Origin: Pavona decussata | Lineage: Eukaryota | Direction of reading: 5' to 3' | Length of the DNA: 64,000 bases | NCBI GenBank assembly: GCA_977016875.1 | Contig: CDRNST010000137.1 | Coordinates: forward strand, 124,001 to 188,000 | In this document: positions 14,901-27,000 of the stretch, piece after piece | Layout: each line of letters begins with the position of its first letter | Position numbering within the stretch: position 1 is the stretch's first letter | Made by a program: the position numbers and the translations under genes | The notes under the pieces: model-generated | What the model was told of the DNA's origin: nothing | Seen by the model: the letters and a program-made list of their open reading frames with translations, nothing else | Databases searched by the model: none

Positions 14901-17900
14901 GTTCTGTGATTGGTTAGCAAAACTTGTGTCACTTTCTCAACCAAAGAGAAGCAAGACCAAGACCAATCAGGTCGCACGCGTTTTCCCGCGCTTGGCGTCG
15001 GTTACAAGCATTGCTTTGAGTTTTGATTGGTTCATTGATCTGTTTACGTGTGTTGTGATTGGCCAGAGGACGTACTTTGGTTTTACGACACTCAAATGAA
15101 AACCGCTGAATACCAATAGACATCCAAAATCGCGCGCATGTTTACATGCGAGATGGACTTTGGGATAATTTAAGTGTACCCGAGTTGCAAGCAAGGAATT
15201 ATGGAAACGTAGGTACTTTCAAAGTCTCCCAAACTCCTTAGTGCTTACATCAAGTTATGCAAGCATAAAGTTTGTTAAAAAAAAAAAATAGACGCCAAAC
15301 AAATGTCATGTGGCATCATAGCCGTGTCATATTATCTCGTAAAAAATGTAACGATTAACAAACAAGAAACGCTTTTCTAGAGTTATGGTGATAGCTGAGG
15401 CCCTGTTAGAGGTAAGGGGGAGGGGGGTCTGACTTATCTCATCCCTCTATGGCTGAAGACAGTTATGCCTACAATTAGTTTGTTACCTAACCCTTAACCC
15501 CGAAACCCCTAACAGGCCTCATTCATGTAATCTTCACTTGTTTCCCTGTAATAATAATCACGGTACATGAACTGTACACTTACTTGGATGCGGTATTGCT
15601 GACAATCCTCGCCAAACTTCAAGTGGAACCTAGCTTCAGCTCCACTGATCACGTGACTGGTAATGCAGACTTTCCTTAGCCATGGCAACATGTTGTGCAT
15701 ATCAACAGTGACGTCAGTTTGCATGTTGTTTACGTCATGCGTTATGTGGGTTTCAATCTTCTTTTCTGGTGTTGTTCCCACCAACGACAGGTCTGCTTTC
15801 CATGTTTTGTATTCATCATTGAAACGGTCGCCCTGGCCAAACTGAAAAGAGAAAATTGAAGTAGATCTTTAAAGCAAGTTACTTCACCTATTTAACAAGG
15901 AAAATCTGAATAGACAAAATTTCGTTGTAATAATCTGCAGTTTACCAAACACACACGCCTCAATGAACGCAATGGTACTTGGTGTATATCAACGAAAAGT
16001 GGATAACGATTAAAATTCGACGGGATTCCTGAGCAACAATTTTCCCAGCAAAAGCTGAAATAAAACCAAAGTTGAGCTTAAATTTTACGAAAATCAAATT
16101 CTAAGCCAGTCGGAATTTAAAGAGAACAAACTGTTCAAAGAACAAATTTAAATTGCATATGATGACCTTATAATCTGCCCATCGGCTTGAGCCATTTATG
16201 CATCAGTGATCATTCGAATGGGCATTAACTTGTAGCATAACTTCTACTTTAAATTAGAGCGGTTTCCAATTGAGTGTCGTAACACCAAGACCAAAGTAAT
16301 TACTCTGGCCAATCGCAACAGATGTAAACAACACAACGGGCCAATCAGAATTCGAAGCAAATACATGTAACCGGCGCCAAGCGCGGGAAAACGCGTGCGG
16401 CGAAAACACGATTGGTTTCGGTTTGGATTTCCATTGGTTGATGAGGTGGCGCGAATTTCGTTAACCAATCACAGAGCGTAGCAATGCAAAACCAAAGCAA
16501 ACGCGAAATTACTTTCTACGCAATTGAAAACCGCTCTACATACGATCTTCTAAATTCCAGTGACTTAGAGTCGATTTTCATAAAGCTTTCGTTAATTTGT
16601 GCGTGTACTTCACCTTGAACTGGATCTTCGTAGCTGGATTTACGCCTGGTTTGATAAAGACGTTGTACTTGCTTGGACCACAGAATGGATAAACACGTTT
16701 ATCAGGTTGTGACTGCTCAATATATTCACCTCTTAAACACACGTCCAGACCAAGTATCTGCTCGCCATAACACACCTCCTGACAGACAAAAATATTGATA
16801 ATAAAATACTTTATTCCTTTCTAATTGCCTTTATATTGTCTTGTATAAGGGCTACGTTTTGACATTGAATTTTTAAAACAAAGTTATCTACGCACAGAAG
16901 GGCACTTACAGTACAGGACTCAGCCCGATTAAGCTAATCCTGGGTTAACGTGGAGTTTGATTCGAGTCTACTTTTAAATTAATTAAGATTCTTCAAAAAG
17001 ATTTTGTGCCCCATGTTTAACTTAGACCTTTCTCTACCATTAGCTTTAACTTAACTTATAAACACTTTTTTAACGAACGAGATCAAAACCTCGGTTAAAT
17101 TTTAATCGGGGATAATCGTTAATCGGCTTTCGAACACCGGTCCCAGGAAATGCTAAAAGTCTGTAACATTGCTCGTTATTTAAGATTTCATTGGTTGCCA
17201 TGAACGCGAGCTGGTGAATATTTGAATGTTGCAATGAGAAAAGTTAAAAGTTTTAACTTTTTTCATGGCCAGATTCAAATTTTTCACCATGTGCCAAAAC
17301 GAAGAAATCTGAGGCGGTGAAAATATAAAAAATGTGTCTAAAAATATATCACAAATTCAAATAAAAAGCAAAGCAAGAGAGAGCATTAATTTAGCGGTCA
17401 TCATTGCTAAGATACATGTAGCTCAAAACGTTTCCGATTATATCGGCTGATTTCTGCCAATGTAATTATAGATTTTTTTCTGATTCATTGGACAAATTAA
17501 TAAATAATTGAGACTTACGCTGGTGTTTGTGTGATGTCGCTTTACAGTGAACACGGACTCATCGCTCCTGTTCGGTCTCAAGCAAACTTTCTCGCCAACT
17601 GGTGTAATAAACACGATCTTCATGTGTCGTGGATGCAATCTATCCTGGCTTGGAATATCATCTAGAGGCAAGTCAGTCACATATCTCCATTTTTCTTCAT
17701 AGCCAACTTGGGGCTCGATGTCTTCGATCATCTTCTTAAACAGCGTTACTTGCTCTGTGTTCATGGGTGCGGTCGTTTTTGTCCATTCTGTGGGGTTCCT
17801 GGCTGTATCAGTTGGATGAATAAACACAACTGTGGCCAGACGAATGTGGCGTGGACCTTTGACGTACGTAATCTTGAAGAGTTTTGGATAACGCTCATCC

Positions 17901-20900
17901 ACTACAGTCTCCAGACAACCTTTAGAATTTGGCTTAACCTGGTAAACAATTGCTCGAATTAGATGAATTAGATCATTACACAACACTCTAGGGTGAAATG
18001 ATGGAATGCATCTTTGTTTACAATTTGTCCAAACATTTTAACGTTCAATATTCTGAATAGATATTATATTATATTATTATGATATGATTATACGATAATT
18101 ATATAAGTGCAGGGTTTTATTTTTCTCTCTTGGCAGAAGTGAACATAAGCCAACTGGATAGTGATAGCTCCAGCGGGCCAATGTGTTCTTGTTCTGTCGA
18201 TTTCTTGAGATAAAAACGTCCGACAGCTTGCCACTTCATTTGGCCAGGACTAGAACTTGTGATGACTTACGTTTAATTTGATCGAGCTCAAATGCGCACG
18301 AGGCCAAGAAAGTTGCTCAAACTATTTATTTATTGGTGCGGACGCAAGGGTGCGTCTCCTTGTAAGTCCCTTAAGCCAAAGTTTATTCAAGAGTATCAAC
18401 CTCGTTTCCAGGGTCTCTCCTCTTCGTGAGAGAACCTGGGAACGAGGTTGCCTCACTATCGAGCTTTTCACAGGGAAGGCCTAAGGCCTAGTACTCAGGT
18501 TACCAGGGGTTTGGCATATGTAACGCAAATTGTGTGATCATCAGTTGTGTCTGGAAACTAGCCGGTAAACATTACCTTCACATATCCTTTTCCAGGAATA
18601 TAAAGCTTGACAAACTGGCGATTCCTGCCGATAAACATCACCGTGAAGACAGTGGGTTGGTCGCCCAGGATCAGCTCATTTTGTTCATTAACCGACAAAT
18701 ATTTTCCTTCGCGCGTTTTCAGCGTCCAGGTGGCATAACGGTGGTCACGATGTGTTTGTGTAACCTGCATCAGAAAAAAGAAAGTGTTTCCATCAAGTCA
18801 ATGAACGTTCTCATTGAGGCAAAATAACTTTTGAACGTCAATCCACACATCCATACACTAAGGATATGAATAAACCTGGGTTTGAGGCTAAAGATTAACC
18901 GTTGCCAGGGTACAGACAGTAAAATATACTTAAACTACGCAGAAAAAAGCTGTTCTTTTTCTTGTGCATGAAATACTCCCGTATTTTCATCTAAAACACA
19001 GAAGAAAAGATGAAATATTGCACAATTGCTGAAGCTGCAACCCATTTGTCTCGACATCCGAAGCCAAATACACGTATTAGAGTAGAGTCATTGAAAACAA
19101 GGATTAACAGTTAGTTTTGAGTTTCCCTTGATTCCCAGATATCATTCCACTTTATAAAGTCATAATTAAGGTGGCATGGATAGTTCAAGTTGCTTTAAAA
19201 GCACTGTAATAGTATAACCGGGGAAAACTGCTGTCAGTTCGTGCAGCGGCGAGAAGGTCAAATTATGGAGTCTCGTAAAATCACTATTCCACTGTGTGAT
19301 CATACCTCAAATAGTTCAGATATTCAAACCATTCAGACCACTCACACGGTACCATTGAATTTTCCCAATTGGCCCTCTTATCAGAACAAATATAAACAAC
19401 AATAAAGACAACGTATATACCTTAGACAAATCGAAATATTCTTTCGTGAATGTCGCCACTTCTCCGATTTCCAATCCATCCAGTGGTGTGCTCTGGTAAA
19501 GTGACTGCCAGTCACTTGATTGTCCCGGGACTGGTTTGGTGTACATCAGGAAGGTGTAGCCTTGTTTTCTGCCAAGGAAAGGAAACATCAACAAAACGCA
19601 TCGTGAAGAAGTCAAATCTTGACTAGCAGGACAGTTAATTTAGCTACAATTAGTAGGCGGAATATTCTGTCGGCTATTATTACTGGCACGTTAATAAAAT
19701 CGTTCGTTCATTCGTTCGTTCATCTCAGACTCTCGAAAACTGTTCACGAAAAGCCGACTTTACTATGAGTTTTCACCCAAGGAAACTGGCTTTCATGTGC
19801 AGGAAAGTTACAACAACCAATCACTTGTTTCAAGAAGCTTCAGCAGTTGTAACTGTTTACGTTTAGAATACTTAACGTCCGATTGTCTTCCAGAATTTCC
19901 ATGTATGTTTGGAGTGTCTAAAACGTTTTTTAATTGTCAAGTGTAAAAAATCATACATGAGAAATATGTACAGAAAAGAGAGAGACAGAAAAAACGGAAA
20001 GTTGAGTTTTTATTTCACGAAGCGTATCACTAACAATTAAACAAAAATAATGTAAAGATAGTTGGATGCCCACCACAGCATTATTAGTTTTTAAAAAGGT
20101 TTGGTGGGTGTAGAAAAAACAATTCAGAATTCAAAACAAACACAAACGAATGAAACAGAACAACAATGGAACTGTTCTGACAGTTTTAAGGAAAAATAAC
20201 AAAATAAGCTTGACTGCTTTTTTTTTTTACAAAAACTAACTCAACTATTTGAATTTTTATTGGAGCAATACCATTTTCCTTTCTTTCGGCTAAGCGATAA
20301 CGCTTCTCTGGAACTCTTTCTTTTCTTTAGTTACCGCCAAACGTACAAAGACCGATCAAAAATTGCTTTAGCTGGTTTTAACTAAGGGTTAAAACACTCT
20401 AAATGTTTACTTACTCTGTCGAGAAAATCTGCTGTTTGTGTTGTGGCAGATCAACCTCTGTGGTGTAACTGCGCTGTTTGATGTCGCACTGTACTCTGCC
20501 ACCCATCCTAGCTGTAATATTGATATCTACCTTCATCTTGCTGCCGGTCTCCAGTTGAGGCAGACAGATCTTCATTTTACCCCACATGGAATGTAGAACA
20601 CTGCAAAACAAGTTAGACAAACAAAGTTCGTACAGGTACAGGCTTTAGGACTTGGACCTCCTTTAAGAGGGCTTTTTTTCACGATTGGGTTCCCTGGATA
20701 CTTCCACTACTCATACAGATCATTAACGTTCAAAAACTCATTAATAATTCATAAGCCCATCGACCTATCAAATGGTCGATAATACACCACGTGCAGTGAC
20801 TTTATGTCGATAAACCTCCTACTTATTAGTATGTGGTGTATTAGGCTGCTGATAAAACACTCCTCATTACTATGCGGTGTTTTTCTCGTATGCTAATTTC

Positions 20901-23900
20901 CAACGTTCACAAAAGTATAATTGTTATGAACTCTATTGACACACGCTTTTCCAGGAATGTTTTTGAAGCCGTTCAAAAACTCGCAGCACGTGTTTTATCG
21001 GGTCTAAAACCACTCGGCTGCGCCTCGCGGTTTTAAACCCGATAAAACACTCCTGCTCGTGTTTTATATGTTACATAAATTGGTGGTGCAAAGTTAATAT
21101 TTTCATTTATAACATGCTTTTACTGTGCGTTTCAACAACACATGGACTATATGAACTTCAACCACAACTGACGATTTGCGTGTATTAATGCAGTCAAAAA
21201 ATACAGAAACCGACAAAGTGGAATGAAATTCGCCAATGACAGTGCACGAATTGATTGATGGAAGTGAAAAGCATAACGATTGGTTTAATATTGAACTTCA
21301 GAGTTCGCGTTTTATTGAAGGCACAGAAAAGCAAATTGAATTTGTAACAAAGCGTTTTCACGTGTGAAGTGTAGAAAAATTTCAAACAATGATCATGTTC
21401 ACAAATGGTATTCAATTTGTCACTCTCTTTGTAATAGGAACGTGGGTTTCCTTAGTGAAATTTTCGCGCCAGGTATATGCGCCGATATTTTTACATGCGG
21501 TAATCCCTGCATTCTAGAATAAACACCACTAAACCTGTATCGCTCGAAACCAGTCATTAAAATTACAAAAGAAAACAGCAAAGATGCGACTTTGATGGTT
21601 GCTGGGAGGAATGTGATTGATCTGGAATCCTTGGGGAAATTTGTAATAATATTTTTAATGACGATATCTTGAAAACCACTCTAAAAACGAATTTGCGAAA
21701 AACACAAGAAAAACAAATAAACAAACAAACAAACAACAACAAAACACTGAGAACTGACAACATTTTGAGCAAAACACAACAAACAGCAACACACAAATCC
21801 GATCAAAAATAATATCGTTTCCTATTCGGAAAGAAGTGTTCGGAATCGGAATCTAATGACAACATTAGTTGGAAGTTTCTAGCCGTCGGCTCTACGTTTA
21901 GAATAATTATAAGAAACCTTAACCCAAGGTCCAATCATAGCATATGTTGCTCAACATATCAAACCGTTTTATATTCACAAACAAACCTGATGTTCATTGT
22001 GCCGTTGACTGTCACGTGATCAGGCAGAGGAATGAAGAATTTTGGGTGCACCTCGGCTTTGATTGTAGTGTTGACACGTAAGAATAACACGCTTTGTAGA
22101 TTGAACTTCAGGGGAATTCCCACAGCTGATGGCTGAACAACCTTCACTTCCACGGGCACTAATACCTTCGTCAAGTCAAACTTTTTGCCTGAAGACAAAA
22201 ATAAAAAAAACAATGGGTGTAAATAATTGCGTGGCACTTTGGTTTTTTTTTTAAACTAAGCAAGACTTTGTTAAACATGAGAATTTGTTAAAAACAGAAA
22301 CAAAATCAAAATGAAAAATATGTTTGAATTGCCGTGACACAACCTCTCTTCCTTTGCCAGAAAATGAAAATGGTAAAAAATGGGTTTTTCCCGATCAAGA
22401 TAAATTACGTTAAGTAATACTTGGCTTCGATAAACTGATTTTCACGAAAATGGCGCATGTTGACTTTATAATCTATTTCAATTCCCTGGAAATATCTTTT
22501 TCTATATTGAATTGAATCTTTTGGATTTTTAATTGACACTGAGACACTGCTACTCTCTCAAAGTTCATTTCATATGCTTGAAATTTTTGTTTTTACATTT
22601 AATTACTGAAATATTTCACCTTTCTTAAAGAGGTTTTTGATATCTTCATCAACTCTGAAAACTCCATCTTCAATCAACTCTCGAACATCATCATAGGTGA
22701 AGTAATTGTACCACAGTTCCTTGCCTAGAACTTTGAAGTAGAAAGATCCTTTGGTCTTTTCCTCTTCATACTCGGTTGTGATAGGAAGCTATTAAACAAG
22801 AAAGACAGCTTATCAAAGTCAATTTTCAAAATTTGGGCCTTGTTTGTAAAACCCATAAAATTTTCCACTTAATAAAAAATTTCCCCAGAGTCAGAAGGCA
22901 GAAGATGTTTCATCTGAAACATGCTTACCATAAAAAAAAGTTGTAACCTTCACAAAAATTATGAAAAATGACATGGCCAAGGTGTTTTAAAATAAAATAT
23001 TGAGCACTACATTGTTTCCAATCCTTTCATACCCTTGTATGTTCTTTTTAATAGATGACTGTGCCATTGCTTATAGAATTAACCACTCGTTAGACTGATT
23101 ATAAGCTCGCTAAATCGTGGCTTAATCATCAGCTGCTAAACGTACTGTATCTCAGTGTTAAAATACTCTATTGTTTCTGGTTTTCTTTGGGGATAGAGAT
23201 AATATGCCGTAGAATTACTTTAGGCCTATTGTAATCGAGAAAGGTTTACTAATCAGCTGCAAAATGGCTTAAATGTACAGACTTATAAGCATAACAGCTT
23301 TGATAAACTAACAACAACAGTAGAAGACAGTGGTGATGGTGCATAATTTAGAATGTTTACCAGTTTGTTTATTTGGCGGACTTCCTTGTCGTACAGGTTT
23401 GAGCTCTTTGATTTGTCATGTTGCTTTACTCCAACAACACGCTTGAGAAGTTCTTGAATTCCTTCGCCTCTGATACCAGTCTAAAGGAAGAATTTATAAG
23501 ACATACAAAAATAATAAACTGGGCATTTTAGATTAAGGTAAGTTCCTCTTTACTGTATTATTTTTCATATCACACAATTCCAGATAAATGCCACGCCCAC
23601 CCACACGAATCTCAGACAAAAACACCCTAAAGATAGCTATCCCTCCCAATATAAATTATGTACTGTTCCTGAGCTAAGACAAAATAGTGACCAGCACGTA
23701 AATTCTCCTTACACTGCCAGTGCTTTTTAATAAATGTTCACAACATGAGAATAAAAGAAATTATACCCAAAGATGAAATGTCTAAATTATCCTGACTAGT
23801 AACATAACAAAATTATGATGTACAGTAAGGAGAATATTTATGTTGATAATGAGGATTGGAAGGTTAACTGAGTGTTTTAATTAAGGATGGTGCCTTCTAG

Positions 23901-23966
23901 TACCGAAGTATTTTTGCGCAGTTTATGACTATGCGGAAAAAGCAAATCTTAGCAAGGGTTATTGGA

Positions 23967-24002
<36 letters not shown>

Positions 24003-27000
24003 TAGAAAAAATTAAGCAACAATAATTATTATTATAAAAAGCTGTAAAATACAAAGCAATGTATGGCATTTTTTTCCAAAATTGAATCTTTATTATCTCT
24101 GAAAAATGCATGGCTACCCCCAGTTTTCATTTAAATTGAAGAGCACTTGCTGAGTTCTGCTTTCTCTGCATAGTTTACAACGGCACAAAAACTTCCCTGT
24201 ATTAGCAGGCACCACCCATAGGAAACCCGAGTATCTTGAGATGCACAGAACATATACACAGTAGCAAAAGTAGGCACCGTTCTTAAGCTGCCCTAAGCTA
24301 TTTTCATTCACAACATTACTGTAACCAAATTTCCTTGAATAATTACACCTCCTTCCCTCTCCCCGAAAAAAAAAAAAGCCCTCACAAAAATACGTAAGCT
24401 GTCAGACCTCATAAAATTATTCCAAAATTTTATTGTATAATACAGAAGATGAGATGGAGGTTGTCTGAGTTGCATGCTGCACCATCTCCTGACTTTCCCC
24501 CCTCATCATTCCATCTGTCTGCACCCTGGTTAAACTTGTGATTGCCTTGGTGGATATTTGGGTCTTGATTATTAAATTCAAAATTATTGGTCTTTTTTAC
24601 TCACCTCAAATACGTTCACAGATTTTCCAAGGACATGTACTTTGACTTTAGAGTTGATAGCTCTTGGGATGAAGCTTGATGGCGTGGAAATCATTTGCAA
24701 ATCAACTGTTCCACCCAACTGAAGAGGCTCTGAAAAATGATGGAATACATTATTCATCCATTCAGTTATTTCTAGAAGTGCCTATCCCGTCACGGCTTAA
24801 ATAACTGACAGACAACCAATGACATCACTACTTCCATTGACCAATGGCTCTTTGCAGCTAATGGTCACATGGTACAAAATCCGCCATGATGGAGAGCAAG
24901 TTGTGCACTGGGACATCCAAAACAAAGCGACTAAATCATCCAGTCAAACTTAAATTTTCTTTGTTTTGATTGTCCCAGTGGGTAGCTTGCTCTCTAGCAA
25001 GCAAGGTGGATTTTGTATCATGTAACTGGTAGCTGCAAAGGGCCCATTAGGCAAATAACCAGCAACATTTATATCACCCACTGATGATCCACAATTTACT
25101 TGACTCTGGTTAGCATGCCTGCTCAGGTTGCCAAAATATCAGTCAATGTCACCTCAAATGGTCCTTCTTAGGACTTCAATCACCCATATGATCATAACTT
25201 ACAGACTTTTTAAGAGAGTAAATATCTCATAATAAGTACAAAATACTGGAATGAATACTTTGTCTTTTTAAAAATGTCCTTGTTTGTTGCTGTCACTGTG
25301 CCATACCTACTGTATTTCCTACTTGACATAGCACAATTTAAATAAACGATGATTGATTACATACGTTACTTACCAGAAAATTCACCCCAGTGCAACCATT
25401 TTGAAGTCAGGAAATGTAACCTGTTCTTTCTGATCATTTTGAGAGCAACCCTGGCTGTTCTAGCCCTAACAGAAAATAAGATATAAGAATTTAAAACTTA
25501 AATTAACTAAATTAACATAAACTGCTCAAAAACTCCCAAGTTTAAAGACTAAACTTACATCCTCTCGTCACAAGGATATCTAGAGAAGGCCATTCCCTTG
25601 ATGTAAGATACCACAAATGATCGCACTTGGTTGGTGCGCTCGTGATAGAGCTGCTTAACAATCAGGTTGAACACAGCTGGACCTGGCTTGCTGTCACAAA
25701 TAACAACAAAACAAGCCATGCGAAGTTCGGCATCATTGTCAACTTGACGGAAGATCTGTAACAGCACTGGCAAAACCTGAAAAAGGTGAATAAATATTGG
25801 TCTGTTGAGCTAGCCACCAAAACTTTAACAATATTATACATCACGAGTTCATTTTTGTAAGTAGTTAAAAGGGTATATTAAAGTTTCACTTTCAGTTCAC
25901 AGTGCTGTCTCTAAAGTTTGGAGAAGTTAGCTCTGCAAGGAAAATAGCTGGAAATAAGGTAAAGAAAGCCTCCAATGTCTGTTGCCTTTTAGTCATTGTA
26001 AGACTCTGTGTACAGCAAGATGTCAGATAAAGGGCATAACCGTCTCATGTTGAATTTTAGGCAGATTTTCATTTTGTTCAAAAGTGTCTGAAGTTAGATG
26101 TAAGTTGCATGTGGTCTTCAATTTAGTCAGTGATCATCGCTTTGTGTCCCTCCCCCCCTCCCCCCCCCCCCCCTTATTTACTGGTTTATGCTCAGTTTTA
26201 GAGACAAATGAGGCCAAAATATCGAGACAGCAAAAGAAAAAGGTGAGTGGGACAACAGACATTTTGTAAAAAAAAAAACAGAGCCAAATTCTTTGATTGA
26301 ATTAAAGGCTGCATGTAATTTAAATTCAGGCACCTTTGAGCAAGAAGAAATTTAATTGGCCTAAAATTTGACATAAGGCAGTTATGCTCCCAGCCCTTCA
26401 ATTGTTCACTGTAGTGGCAGGACATAACCAGCCACTTGTTAGTTAAGAATGACTGTCCTGAGTTCACAATGTGCATATTTACAGCTGCAGTAAACAGCAC
26501 TTATTTGAACACTGTGTCTCTGCACAACTTTATTACTGATGTACCATATGTAATTACAGGACAAAAACAAAGTAACATTAATTAAATTCTTACATTAAAC
26601 AGTGTGTGAAACAGAGCAAATGGAATCACCTTTTGTGGAATTTTTGGTATAATTCTCCTCAGAGCATAAACTGCTGTAACACGCAACTCCAATGTGTTGC
26701 TGGTGTCCTGAATGATGTCCAGAAGAGGTCGGTACAATGTCCTATGGCCAAAGTTTCCAATGCACTTCAGAATGAACATCTTCTCTTGGTAACTGGAGGT
26801 TACCAAACGGTTCTTGATTTCCTAGAAAATGAGAATGACATTAAAAATAAGGTAAAGAAAGCACAGAGGGAAACTTGTCACAGTTTAAACTACGTAATTT
26901 ACAGCTAAACATAATATATAGTTAGTCAATCAGATCAAAATCAATTGTTGGTCAATCGATCATTTATTTATTCATGTAACGTCAAATGAGCTATATGTAA

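Noticed and set aside
24114-24311. Recurrent 'GAYYCY...ISRYSGFLWVVP' ORFs (also at 28454 and 63643)
   Set aside because: They are chance translations of MITE family A, not a gene family.
25078-25200. Additional hammerhead ribozyme
   Set aside because: It resembles a Penelope-type remnant, but both the CUGANGA and GAAA boxes are lost, so no ribozyme can be supported.
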